A DNA stretch of 64,000 bases from a virus (IMGVR_UViG_3300035498_000404:1-64000), one strand, 5' to 3'. Shown: positions 18,120-28,785, counted from the stretch's first letter. Notes: generated from the letters alone by a model not told the origin. Program-made: numbers and translations.

Positions 18120-21100
18120 GAAAAGCCACAAAGTTTATATTAGAAGAAGAAAAAAAGTAAATATGTCAAAGACAAAGCGGTTTATGGACAACCTTGAAGC
18201 GTGGACAGCTTATTGGAGAAGCAATCCCCATAGATTTGCAACTGATTATTTAGGATTTAGACTGTATGATTTCCAGAAAGTCCTTTTATATCAAATGTTC
18301 GCACATCCTAGTTTTGTATACGTGGCCTCGCGGGGTCTCGCCAAATCAACGCTTGCCTTGATATTTGCTACTATATATTGTATTTTATATCCGGGAACTA
18401 CAATTGTTATTGTTGCTCCCACTAGAGGACAGTCAACTAGATTTGTTAAGAATATTCAAAATCTAGCTCGTGGCCGTCCTAATATAATGTCTGAAATTAA
18501 ATCAGTTAAAACTGGTTTAAATGAAAGTCGAATAGACTTCTGGAATGATTCGGCTATTGTAACGCTTCCGTACAGTGAAAATGCTCTCGGTGAATAACAG
18601 TATTTATTACTAAAACGCCGCTATCAATGGTAACATTGGTATGATAATTGCAGTAAAAAACTGGAAACCTGAAATGGTAATCAGAGGTGAAGATAATTCT
18701 AAGAATTATCAGCCGCAACGCATAGATGGTGAAAAGATATAATCCATCCAAGAGACTGCAACTGCCAAATATTTGGTAGAAAAGATATGCTGAACTAATG
18801 AGAAAAAAATCATTAGAATTATAGGATAAAAAGCCTATAAGATAACAAATTGGTTAGAGCCAATATTCTTATAGTTGACGAATTCGTTCGTACCGAAAAG
18901 GAAGTTATAAGCCGTGTATTCGTTCCTATGCTTTCTTCTCCTAGAAGCCCAGATTATACTGATTTAACTTCTAAAGAAAGAGAGGCATTACCAGAAGAAC
19001 CAAATAGACAATTATATTTGTCCTCTATTAGAGGCGCAGATGAATGGTCTTATGCCAAGTTCTTACAATATATAGACGAAATGACCAATGGCAATACAGA
19101 ATATACAACTGTTGCTTTACCTTATAATATAGGTGTAAAAAACAGATATATTTCTCGTGCTATTGTTCAACAGTCTTTTAAAGAAAATCAAGATTCTCTT
19201 GAAATGCTATACGCAGAATATACGTGTAGACCAGAGAGAGGTTTAAACAATTCTTTCTACCGTTATGCTGTATTGCAGGAACGGAGAGAAGAAGCTCGTG
19301 CTATGGTGGCTATGAGCGATTTTGAATATTTACAATACAAAGGCGATAAATCTAAGTTTCCATTTTACCAAGAAAAATTGCCGAATGAAATTAGAATTTT
19401 AGCAATGGACGTTGCCTTGGTAGAATCCGCAAAGAACGATTGTAATGTTAGTAATAACATACACAGTCCGCTGCATTTAGAAATTATGCAGTGTATTTCT
19501 CTGAACTGCTGGAAACCCCTTATAGCTTGTATGCTACAACATACGAATGAAAAATGTCGAAGTGTGAATGCTTAAAAAATTACAGGATTGGGAAATCAGC
19601 AACTAAGCCCCGAATAGGGGAAAGCTCAACGACCAATAGTTGAAATACTTATAGGGCAAGTGCCCGAAGTGGAGAACACCTAAGTGTAATTTGTTTTAAG
19701 GTAAATTATATATGGTGAATGATATGGTCTATGCTTATATGAAAATATAAGAAAAATTATTCATGATACAAATAAAAGATAAGGACACTGGAGTAGCTGC
19801 CTTTTTAATGCCCCTAACATTAAATTACTTATCTTTTATTTTTTTATATATATTACACCGTTAGGGAGGTGAGAATATATGATAGTTGGATTTAAAATGG
19901 AAATCCATCCAAATGGATTTCAACAAGAAATATTAAGAGAATATTGCAAAACATATCATAATATGTGGAATTTTTTAGTTGCAAAATATAAAGATAACTT
20001 ACCAGTTGTAAGCAAATATGGAATAAAAGATTTCGATACGAACGATTTAATAAATGAATTTGGGAGTGCTATACCAAAAAGAATCGTTTTGGGTGTTATA
20101 AAAGAATATTCCAGAGCAGTACAAATGGCATATAATAAAGTCGTAAACAGACCTAAGTTTCATAAATACAATCCGAATAAACAATCATTCTACATTGCCA
20201 GCATGACTTATTCTGTAACAAATGGCCGTGCTGTAATCCCATCTTTAGGAAGAGGACGGGAGAATATGTCGTACAGAATTCCATTAGACATAGAATATCT
20301 AAATAAATATAATATCAAAGAAATTATAGAGCCAAGATTTACTTTTTATAAAGGTAAATGGTATATTTCTGGCAGTTATAAAAAATAGGATGTTCAAAAA
20401 TCTAATAAAGAATTTATAGGGCTTGATTGGGGTATAAAAAATTTTATGACTAGTTCTAATGGCGACTTAATAAATTATCCAAATAATGTAACTAGAGAAT
20501 ATTACCGAATAAGAAAAATACAATCACTTCTGGATAAGAAAAAAAGAAAATCTAACAACTACAACAAATTATATAAAAAACTCTGTAACGCATATATAAG
20601 ATTAGAAAACTTAAAAAATGATTTTATAGAAAAAGAAACCACATCTCTATGTAAAAATAATAGCATTGGAGTTGAAGATTTGGAAAACTTAATGCAGTCC
20701 AACAAAATTATAAGAAGACAGAATTTTATATGTCCAAGAAAAAGATTTGTAGACGCATTAATGTGGAAATGTGAAAAATTTGGAAGTTATTTTGTTGTTG
20801 TTAATCCGGCTTATACCTCTCAAAAATGTTGTATATGTGGCAAAATACATAAATTAACATTAAGAGATAGAATAATGATTTGTGATTGTGGTAATATTAT
20901 TGACCGTGATATTAATGCCGCTATTAATATTAAAAATGACGCAATTGCGTCAGTGGGTATTTGTTGTACCTATTAAAAGTCCATAACATGGATAATTCTT
21001 TATATATTTAACGAATGTATAAAGTAATAAAACAGAATACGGCGTTTTGGGTTTTGCGTTTAATTCCTAATGGAAATAAGTATAAAAAGATATTTGCTTA

Positions 21101-22028
21101 TGCAGAGAGTATGAATGGTATTAATTCATTACTACAAACCCTGAGAGCAAAGCAATTGTTTTATGAATTTGACTGCGACTATTTTGTAATAGACGGTGGT
21201 GGCGTAGAAACTGCGCTCCTATTTGGTGACAAATAGGTGATAAATGGGTGTAAAAAACTGGAATTCTGAGAGGAAAATCAGAGCGGAAGTTTGTATTTAA
21301 AAGTATAAACACGCACAACGCATACGAATTGAACCTCGTGAAGAGAATATAATATTCGCAAGAGACACCCACTTCTTTTAGAATAAGAAGAAAAGATATG
21401 CTGAACTTACAGGAATACAACTGTAAGAATTGTGGGATAAAAAGCCCACAAGATAACAAAAGTTGTCGGGAGATTTAAAAAATCTCCCGATTTCTATTGA
21501 GGACAAGGAATTGTAGATATTAGCACTGTTGAGACAGAAGACCCAGTTCGTGGGGAAATTTATCCGGCGTGGACTGTTGCTAATTCTGATGACCTTAAAA
21601 ATATTCATAGAACAATTTCTGAAAATGCTGTACCAATTATGGTGTCTGTTAAAACGGGCATTGCAGATAAAAGTAGAATGCTAGTGCATTCTCGTGATGA
21701 AATGGCAACTAATAATATTTCTTTGCTTGTAGATATGCAAGATGGAATAGATTACTTAAATCAGAACTTTGACTTCTATAAAGTTTCTGATTAGGATTTA
21801 AGAAACAGAGTTTTAGCTCCTTATGCTCAAACTTCTGCTTTTATGAACGAAGCTATTAACTTGAAACAAGTTAGCGTTCAGGGTAGAATTAGTGCAGAAG
21901 AAAAATCAGGCAGACGTAAAGACCGCGTTATGAGCTTGGTTTATGCGCTAGATTATGCCAAATAGCTTGAAGATGGATTAAGTGTCCAGCAGAATAATAG
22001 CTGGGAAGATTATATATTTTTCTCATAA
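18112..22028 (+). CDS. terL: Terminase large subunit, 4 exons: 18112-18591, 18853-19440, 21036-21205, 21500-22028; TAG at 21792 and 21963; about 588 aa
   Basis: Walker A ASRGLAKS; splicing restores ALG|VRANILIVDE, MDVAL..SAKND|NTAF and IDGGGV|GQGIVD; C-terminal RKDRVMSL. Confidence 0.92.
18592..18852 (+). mobile_element. Group I intron TerL-I1 (no ORF)
   Basis: P1 CGGU/GCCG; P7 GCAUA/UAUGC; ends in G; same family as RNAP-I1 and TerL-I3. Confidence 0.88.
19441..21035 (+). mobile_element. Group I intron TerL-I2 carrying tnpB (IStron-like, no transposase)
   Basis: P1 GAU-UGU/ACA-GUC; AACUGCUGGAAAC and AAUCAGCAAC core; P7 GACCA/UGGUC; ORF lies downstream of P7'; ends AACAG. Confidence 0.88.
19879..20976 (+). 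CDS. tnpB: TnpB RNA-guided endonuclease (365 aa via TAG 20386-20388)
   Basis: Readthrough joins the two ORFs in frame and supplies RuvC-I IGLDWGIK; RuvC-II IGVEDL; zinc finger TSQKCCICG..CDCG; RuvC-III DRDINAAINI. Confidence 0.9.
21206..21499 (+). mobile_element. Group I intron TerL-I3 (no ORF)
   Basis: P1 GCGU/GCGC; P7 GCAUA/UAUGC; ends in G. Confidence 0.88.
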
Positions 22029-22037
22029 AGAAAGGCG

Positions 22038-23639
22038 GTGTATTTTTTGGAAGAGAAAGAACAATTAACAGAAGAACAGGTTAATCAGGTTTTAACCGCA
22101 TATAATTTCTTAGAATTTTCTAATTCATATAAAGAGAGTTATTATAATAATGGTCAATATTTCACTCCTGATATTATTAATCAGAGAATGAAAGATATAA
22201 ATATGAGTCCTGTTGAGGCAACTCTAAATGGGCTGCAAGAAGCATTAAAGAATCCTAAAGACAATGAAACGCTATTAAAAGAATACTCGATGTATGCTGA
22301 AAATAATAGTATGTATTATAAGCGTCTTATTAGGTATTTTTCTGATATGGCAGCTTTTCATATTTCATTTGACTGCATAAATATTCAAAAAGATTCTGAT
22401 TTTAATTCTAAGCAATATAAAGAAGATTTAAAAGTTCTTGATAACTTTATTAGTAGATTTAATTGTAAAGAAGAATTTCAGAAAGTTCTAAGACAAATGC
22501 TTAGACAGGGTGTCTTTTATGCTGTTCTAAGAAAAGATTCCGAAAAATATAGCCTACAAGAATTACCAGCGGACTTTTGTAAGATAACTGGTAGACATCC
22601 ATATGGATTATTATTTGATTTTAATATGGAATGGTTTACTGGTAATTATGGTGTTGATATAGATATGTACCCGAAAGTCTTTAAAAAGATGTATCGTGAC
22701 GTATTTAATGATAAAGGTTATGGATATGACCCTGCACAGAAAGTTTCTAAGAGGAGCAGTGTCTATACAGATTGGCGGCAATGTTCGCCTCTGGATGGAT
22801 TTTGGGCTTGGAAAATGTCGCCTGAAATTGCAACGATTACTCCATACTTTTCCCCACTATTTCCAAACATCTCTTATGCTCCTGTTATAAGAGGGCTTCA
22901 AAATGATAAATATTTTATTGAAGCTTCAAAGTTGCTTGTTGGTATTATTGGGTTTAATAAAGATACTAAGAGTGGGCAAGTCGCAAACCAAATGAATATC
23001 ACTCCTGACGCACTTGGAAAGTTCTTAGGTGTTGCCAGAAAAGGATTGAATAAACAAATTGGACTTGTTGCATTACCTATGGACAGTATTGAAACTGTGG
23101 ACTTTGATACTGATTCCGAGAATATAGAAATAGATTCTCTTAAAAATATTGCCTCTCAAAGCGTTTCCTCGTATGATGTTTTATACGGAAACCAAAAATT
23201 AAATTCGCATCAGTCGAAGTTAGCTTCGGCTGTTGATTCTAATATTGTGAATGCTATATATGAAGATTTCGCTAATTTTGTTACATATTATGTAAATCTT
23301 GAAACTAAAAAGTTCAAGTTTAAAATTAGATTCCATGATATAAATGTTCCAGATGACCAAGCAAGAGTGTCACAATTATTTAAGGATTACGCTCAAATTG
23401 GCGTTGTAGATGCACAGCTTGCCGCTCGTGCGTTAGATATGAACCCATTTGAACTTATGCGCCACATGGATATGACAAAGAGCATGGGCTTTGATAAGAA
23501 GCTTATTTCCCTTGTTAATCTTAATACGCAATCTTCTACTGGTGCTAGTGCTAATAAGCCGGGGAGACCTAGTAATCCTATGAGCGATAATGATAATACA
23601 AGCGCCTCTTGGGAACGTGGAAGCAATGACCTAAAATAA
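22038..23639 (+). CDS. Portal protein (probable)
   Basis: About 530 aa directly after TerL; QELPADFCKI motif; C-terminal GRP tail. Confidence 0.8.
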   Translation: MYFLEEKEQLTEEQVNQVLTAYNFLEFSNSYKESYYNNGQYFTPDIINQRMKDINMSPVEATLNGLQEALKNPKDNETLLKEYSMYAENNSMYYKRLIRYFSDMAAFHISFDCINIQKDSDFNSKQYKEDLKVLDNFISRFNCKEEFQKVLRQMLRQGVFYAVLRKDSEKYSLQELPADFCKITGRHPYGLLFDFNMEWFTGNYGVDIDMYPKVFKKMYRDVFNDKGYGYDPAQKVSKRSSVYTDWRQCSPLDGFWAWKMSPEIATITPYFSPLFPNISYAPVIRGLQNDKYFIEASKLLVGIIGFNKDTKSGQVANQMNITPDALGKFLGVARKGLNKQIGLVALPMDSIETVDFDTDSENIEIDSLKNIASQSVSSYDVLYGNQKLNSHQSKLASAVDSNIVNAIYEDFANFVTYYVNLETKKFKFKIRFHDINVPDDQARVSQLFKDYAQIGVVDAQLAARALDMNPFELMRHMDMTKSMGFDKKLISLVNLNTQSSTGASANKPGRPSNPMSDNDNTSASWERGSNDLK

Positions 23640-23646
23640 GAAAGAG

Positions 23647-23913
23647 GTGTTTACTGTGACTATTGATAGAGAGAAGATTAAGGAACTGAATGGTGTTTCT
23701 ATCACTACTCAGAATGCCGCTCTTGGAGATTTACTACTTTTTATTTTAGAATCTCTTGAGACTAATAAGACGGAGACTCCTGTCGCGTCTGAATGTGTTC
23801 AGGTGCAAATTCCTAGTGTTCCTAATACTAAGGCCACTACAATCAAGGAATTAGCCTCTGATTATAATAAGCTGCTGACCGCTTTACGTGAGGCCGGACT
23901 AATGGCAGAGTGA
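23647..23913 (+). CDS. Head fibre-like small protein
   Basis: C-terminal ATTIKELASDYNKLLTALREAGLM motif. Confidence 0.6.
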   Translation: MFTVTIDREKIKELNGVSITTQNAALGDLLLFILESLETNKTETPVASECVQVQIPSVPNTKATTIKELASDYNKLLTALREAGLMAE

Positions 23914-24131
23914 TAAGTATGCTTATTAGTAATATTAAACAATTTGAAAATGTGCCGCTATATAAATGTGACGATGAAGATATTTATATGTATCTTTTAA
24001 AAAATGGTTTTGAACCAGTTCTTGTTGAAGATAGTGAGCATTATTTTATAGAAAATGAATTACTTATTAGAATATTAAGTAATTATCCGAACGGAGGTGT
24101 TTTAGTTGGAACAAATGAAAATGTCTCTTAA
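23910..24131 (+). CDS. Hypothetical protein
   Basis: ORF overlapping both neighbours. Confidence 0.55.
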   Translation: MISMLISNIKQFENVPLYKCDDEDIYMYLLKNGFEPVLVEDSEHYFIENELLIRILSNYPNGGVLVGTNENVS

Positions 24132-25542
24132 TTTTGCTATTGATAAAATACAATTTGAAGATGATAAAACTGCTAGATTCTGTAAGGGAACTATTTATGC
24201 TTTTGCAGATGGACAAAATGCTCATACGCATCCAATAGACACCGAAGTTTTAATGAAATGCGCGAATACTGTATATGACATTCCTGTTGTATGCAAATAT
24301 AATCCATTTGTACGAGATTTTCTTTCGCACGAAGAGGATGAAACTCCGATTGGATTTATTAAAGAATCCTCTCCTACTTATAGTAACCCTATCGTGTTTG
24401 AAAAGAATCCAGATGGCAGAACTTTCCTTGTTATTAAGTGTCTTATTTGGAGACGCTATGCCAAAGATGAAATCAAGGCTTTAATGAATAGTAACGGAAA
24501 GAAGTCTGTCAGTGTGGAAATTACAATCACTGATGGTGAGGAAATTGACGGTAAGATTTTGGTAAAAGAATTTGTCCTAGAAGGTATTACTGTTTTAGGA
24601 GATTTTGTTAAACCAGCCGTTAAGGACGCGCATATTCAAGTTGAATTCGCAAAGGACAAGGAGGAATATTTAAATGCTGTTGATTTTGCGACTACTACTA
24701 ATTATTCTGAACTTGCTACTTGTGAAATAAATACTAAAAAAGAATGTGTAGGTGAGTGTAATATGGCAGAGACGCTAGATAATAGCTGTGTTGACTTTGC
24801 TAAAGAAAATCCAGCAAAGGCAGAAGAAACTGCTGAACAGGGTATGGCTTGTGAAGATGCTGCTGTAATTGAAGTTAATAATGCCGAGCAGGAAATGGCA
24901 GAAGATGATTCTGCTGAAAAGCCTGAACAGGATGAAGAAAAGCCGGAAGATAAGCCTAAAGAGGAAGAAAAGATGGCCGAAGAAGAAGCTCCTGTTGTTG
25001 AAGAAGCGCAAGAGAATATTGAATGCGCTGCCGAAAATGAAGCCGAGGTTGCTTGTGCTGATAATGATGTCGCTTGTGCCGACACCGACGTTGCGTGCGC
25101 AGAGGCAGAGAATGTAAACTGCGATTGTGGCAATAAGGAAGAAATGTCGATTAAGCAAGCTATGTCTGAAATCGCCACCATGAGTGACAGAATCGAAGAG
25201 CTTGAAGCTCAGAACAAGGTTTATATGTCACAGATTGAATCTATGAGCGATTACGAGGAACTAAAGGCTTTTAAATTTGCTACGGAAGAAAAGATTAAGA
25301 AAGACGCAGAAATGGCTAAGATGCAGTCTGTTATGTCTGAAATTGAAAGTCGTGGAATCGCTATGTCTGATTCTGAGAAGAAGGAACTAATGGACAAGTT
25401 CTCCGAATTTAATAGTGCAGAAACTTGGTCTAATTATGTCAAGGCTCAGATTTTTGATAAATATGAAACTTCTACTGGGTATACCAAGATTGGACTACCG
25501 TTTGCAGAACCCAAAACCAAGAGTATTTGGGACAATATTTAA
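24106..25542 (+). CDS. Prohead protease / scaffold protein (probable)
   Basis: N-terminal domain with SVSVEI and EGITVLG..VKPA; acidic linker and coiled-coil tail; lies between portal and capsid. Confidence 0.7.
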   Translation: MEQMKMSLNFAIDKIQFEDDKTARFCKGTIYAFADGQNAHTHPIDTEVLMKCANTVYDIPVVCKYNPFVRDFLSHEEDETPIGFIKESSPTYSNPIVFEKNPDGRTFLVIKCLIWRRYAKDEIKALMNSNGKKSVSVEITITDGEEIDGKILVKEFVLEGITVLGDFVKPAVKDAHIQVEFAKDKEEYLNAVDFATTTNYSELATCEINTKKECVGECNMAETLDNSCVDFAKENPAKAEETAEQGMACEDAAVIEVNNAEQEMAEDDSAEKPEQDEEKPEDKPKEEEKMAEEEAPVVEEAQENIECAAENEAEVACADNDVACADTDVACAEAENVNCDCGNKEEMSIKQAMSEIATMSDRIEELEAQNKVYMSQIESMSDYEELKAFKFATEEKIKKDAEMAKMQSVMSEIESRGIAMSDSEKKELMDKFSEFNSAETWSNYVKAQIFDKYETSTGYTKIGLPFAEPKTKSIWDNI

Positions 25543-25567
25543 ATTCTATTGAAAGGTGGATTAATTT

Positions 25568-26098
25568 ATGAACGTAATTATTAAGAGACAGGTCGCCGCG
25601 CACAATATTGACGCTTTTAACCGCGTTGCCGTTGCGGACGTTGACCTTGAAAATGGTTCTGTGTTTGAACTGAAGACTCGTTCTACTAATGATGGTGAGG
25701 ACGAAGTTTGGAATGCTACTGCTCCTGCTGACGCTACCGCTACTGGTGTGTGGATGGCCAAGAGTTCTGAAGTCACTCTGACGAAGATTGGCGAAGCTCC
25801 TTACGCTGTTGAGTTTAAGGGCATTGTCGAAGACCCTCGTATGTTCACTAACGTGGCTGGCTATGTGTTTGATGCTTTCAAGCCTGTTGCTGGCGACCTG
25901 ATTGAGACTACGCAGGGCGACGATACCAATACCATTCTGGCTTTGGATGCTGGCAAGTTTGCTCTGAAGGCTACTACCGACGCTCCTGCTGACGGTTTCT
26001 ATATGGAAAAGGTTGGCACTAGCATTCTGCACATTGGCTCTGCTGGCCTAGCGAAGACTCCTGTCAAGACCTTCATTTATGAAGTCAAGGCCAACTAA
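25568..26098 (+). CDS. Capsid decoration/cement protein (probable)
   Basis: DLENGSV motif; immediately upstream of the major capsid gene; strong codon bias. Confidence 0.65.
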   Translation: MNVIIKRQVAAHNIDAFNRVAVADVDLENGSVFELKTRSTNDGEDEVWNATAPADATATGVWMAKSSEVTLTKIGEAPYAVEFKGIVEDPRMFTNVAGYVFDAFKPVAGDLIETTQGDDTNTILALDAGKFALKATTDAPADGFYMEKVGTSILHIGSAGLAKTPVKTFIYEVKAN

Positions 26099-26123
26099 TT
26101 TAATTGGAAGGTGAATTAAGATT

Positions 26124-27218
26124 ATGAATACTGTTATGTGTTTTGCTGATAATAGAGACACTGTAGAGTTAGCTTTCCGCGACTATATGGCTCAGTACAT
26201 GAGCGAAGTCGGCAAGCGTGACGGCTACGTGTACGACAAGAGTGTTTCTTTTGCTGAAAAGGAACAGAAGGTCAACAAGCTAATGATGAACGAGATTTCT
26301 AAGCTGGCTGGTTTGAGCTTTGCTGCGACTTCCGTTTCTCCTGAAATGATGTCCTCTAACCCTATGCTACGTTGGGCTTCTTTCGCTGTTGTTAATTCCA
26401 TGATTGATATGATTGTTCCTGAAGTTCTGGATAAGTCTATCGGTCTGTATACCGAGCAGCGTTATGGCAATTACGGTGATGACTTTAGCTTTACCGTCGA
26501 GCCTAACGACCTGTTCTATGTGTCTAAGGCTGGCCGCGATATGCGTACCACCGAGTTCCAGAAGGCTTTCGTTGGCCAGACCACGATTGTTCCTGAAAAT
26601 CGTGCTATTACGGTTGCTGTGAACTTCTATAAGGTGCTGTGCGGCAAGGAATCCCTCGCCAAGTTCGTGATGAAGGCTATTCTGTCTCTGGAAGCTCAGA
26701 TTACCAAGGAAGTCTTTATTGCTTTCAATACTGCTATGGGCGAAATTCCTACTACTGCTGCGGACGATAATCTGCACATCACTGGCTGGGCGCAGGACTC
26801 TGCCGTTCGTCTGGCTCAGACTGTTTCTGCTTACAACAATGGTGCAGACCCCATTTTCCTCGGCACTAAGCTGGCGCTGAATAAGGCTCTGCCCGCCAAC
26901 TCTAACTATCGTTACGACATCCAGAGCGACTATGTGCGCGTTGGTTACATCCGTAACTTCATGGGTTATGACGCTATGGAGATGAAGCAGGTTGCTGATT
27001 GGAAGAATCCTCATAAGCTGATTCTGGACGATAAGCGTATCTACGTCATTTCGCCGTCTACTCAGAAGCCTGTCAAGCTGTGCTATGAGGGCGCTTCTCG
27101 TACCACGAACATGGACTTCGTGGAATCTGCCGACCTGACTAGTTCGACCACCATCCAGAAGTCTTATGGTATTGGTATTGCTACCAACGCTCTGGTTGGC
27201 GTTATTGACCTCGCGTAA
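26124..27218 (+). CDS. Major capsid protein (probable)
   Basis: 364 aa; strongest codon bias in the window; synteny; followed by a terminator. Confidence 0.8.
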   Translation: MNTVMCFADNRDTVELAFRDYMAQYMSEVGKRDGYVYDKSVSFAEKEQKVNKLMMNEISKLAGLSFAATSVSPEMMSSNPMLRWASFAVVNSMIDMIVPEVLDKSIGLYTEQRYGNYGDDFSFTVEPNDLFYVSKAGRDMRTTEFQKAFVGQTTIVPENRAITVAVNFYKVLCGKESLAKFVMKAILSLEAQITKEVFIAFNTAMGEIPTTAADDNLHITGWAQDSAVRLAQTVSAYNNGADPIFLGTKLALNKALPANSNYRYDIQSDYVRVGYIRNFMGYDAMEMKQVADWKNPHKLILDDKRIYVISPSTQKPVKLCYEGASRTTNMDFVESADLTSSTTIQKSYGIGIATNALVGVIDLA

Positions 27219-27249
27219 TTGATTCTTTTTAGAATTTGATATATAAATT

Positions 27250-27283
27250 TAGGGTATGGTATTTTTACCATACCCTATTATTT
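27250..27283 (+). terminator. Terminator after the capsid gene
   Basis: TAGGGTATGGTA/TACCATACCCTA followed by a T-rich tail. Confidence 0.75.
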
Positions 27284-27306
27284 ATTGGGAATAAAGGAGT
27301 AAAGCA

Positions 27307-27990
27307 ATGTCTACTACAAATGAACAAATTAATGAATTAAAAAAAGAAATATCTGAAATGCAAAAGTCGCAAGCCGAAATTAATAAGCAGCTATTAGAAG
27401 CGCTTGGTAATTTAAGCACTATAATGTCTATTACTGGTACTGCAAAAGAACCAGAACCCATTAAAGAAACTACTAACAATGTAAAGTTTAAGCAGAAGAG
27501 TTACGATAATACTTTGGAACAACCTAAGAGTGATGAACTAATTAGAATCGTTTCAATTTGTAAGGGAGAATTGAATCTGGTGGTTGACGGAAACCTCGCT
27601 ATTAGATTAGAGAAGTTTGGCGATATTAAGCCTGTTCTGTATTCTCAGCTTGTAACTATTGTAAACCAGAATCGTCATTTTGCTGAAGCTGGTTTATTCT
27701 ATATCTTAGATGATAGGGCTGTTTATTATTTAGGACTAAGCGAGTATTATAAGAAAATTATACCAATTGAGACCATTGAGGGTATTGGAAATTATTCTGA
27801 CGATGATATTAAGCAAATTGTATCTGTCATGAATGATTCTCAAAAGGAAGTTCTTTGTAAGGTGCTTGCTGATAAGATTTATGCAAACGAAAATATTGAC
27901 CGCAACAAGGTTGAACTTGTTAGTAAAGTATGCAATATAGATATACAAGGAAAAGTACGGGAAATGCAAGAAATGGCTGAAATAATGTAA
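27307..27990 (+). CDS. Hypothetical head-morphogenesis protein
   Basis: ORF with AAGGAG RBS; synteny. Confidence 0.7.
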   Translation: MSTTNEQINELKKEISEMQKSQAEINKQLLEALGNLSTIMSITGTAKEPEPIKETTNNVKFKQKSYDNTLEQPKSDELIRIVSICKGELNLVVDGNLAIRLEKFGDIKPVLYSQLVTIVNQNRHFAEAGLFYILDDRAVYYLGLSEYYKKIIPIETIEGIGNYSDDDIKQIVSVMNDSQKEVLCKVLADKIYANENIDRNKVELVSKVCNIDIQGKVREMQEMAEIM

Positions 27991-27998
27991 AATGAAAG

Positions 27999-28463
27999 GT
28001 GATATATGTGAATACAGATTTTGAAGAGGTATATCATCTGTTTCTAAGTTCTATACAGGATTATAATTTAAAAAGACTTTTTGATACCGAAATAGATATA
28101 GCCGAGGATATGCTTTACACTTTACTTATGAGAAGTATTCCCAAATTCTATAACTGTCAAAAAGATATTAAGAAACTTGATTATAACAACCATCAGTTCT
28201 TGTGCGAGTTAGACATTGAAGAAAAGAATATTTTGTCCGAATTAATGGTGTCTTCTTGGTTAGATTGGGTCGTTAATGATATTACTCAGATGAATATACA
28301 CTTAAATGATAATGATTTTAAACATTTTTCTGAGGAATCCAATTTAAAACAAAAATCAGAATACTCTGACCGTGTTCGTGAAAAAGTAAGTCAAGATATT
28401 GTTAATTACGGATTATATAAAACAGATTTTAGCAAATGGGCGGTAGGTGATTACGGTGTTTGA
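27999..28463 (+). CDS. Head-tail adaptor (probable)
   Basis: TDFEEVYHLFL...EKNILSELM..W...DFKHFS; synteny. Confidence 0.6.
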   Translation: MIYVNTDFEEVYHLFLSSIQDYNLKRLFDTEIDIAEDMLYTLLMRSIPKFYNCQKDIKKLDYNNHQFLCELDIEEKNILSELMVSSWLDWVVNDITQMNIHLNDNDFKHFSEESNLKQKSEYSDRVREKVSQDIVNYGLYKTDFSKWAVGDYGV

Positions 28464-28785
28464 AGAAAAAGTAAATACTTTGGATTATGATAGCATCCAA
28501 TATTACCTTGACCATTGTATTAATAGAATTTTTGCTATTTTGGGAATTTACGAAGATTGTAATAAAAGAGGGGACATGAAGGATTTCCATATCTATTTAA
28601 GTAGACTTGTAACAGAATTTTCTGGACTACAAGATTTATTTAAGTTGGATATTTTAATTTCACTAATTGGTATTCTCCAAGGTATGAATATCAATGAAGA
28701 TATTAAACATTCAGAGGTGAAATCGCTTGTATTCCACTGCATATCTCTGATAAAGAGAGGTGCAAAAGAAAATGGCGTATTATGA
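28447..28785 (+). CDS. Hypothetical virion protein
   Basis: NRIFAILGIYE...VKSLVFHCISLI. Confidence 0.65.
   Translation: MITVFEEKVNTLDYDSIQYYLDHCINRIFAILGIYEDCNKRGDMKDFHIYLSRLVTEFSGLQDLFKLDILISLIGILQGMNINEDIKHSEVKSLVFHCISLIKRGAKENGVL

Noticed and set aside
19879-20976. tnpB and the other TAG-split genes as pseudogenes
   Set aside because: All interruptions are TAG, always in frame, and include essential genes. No frameshifts or TAA/TGA breaks occur outside introns.
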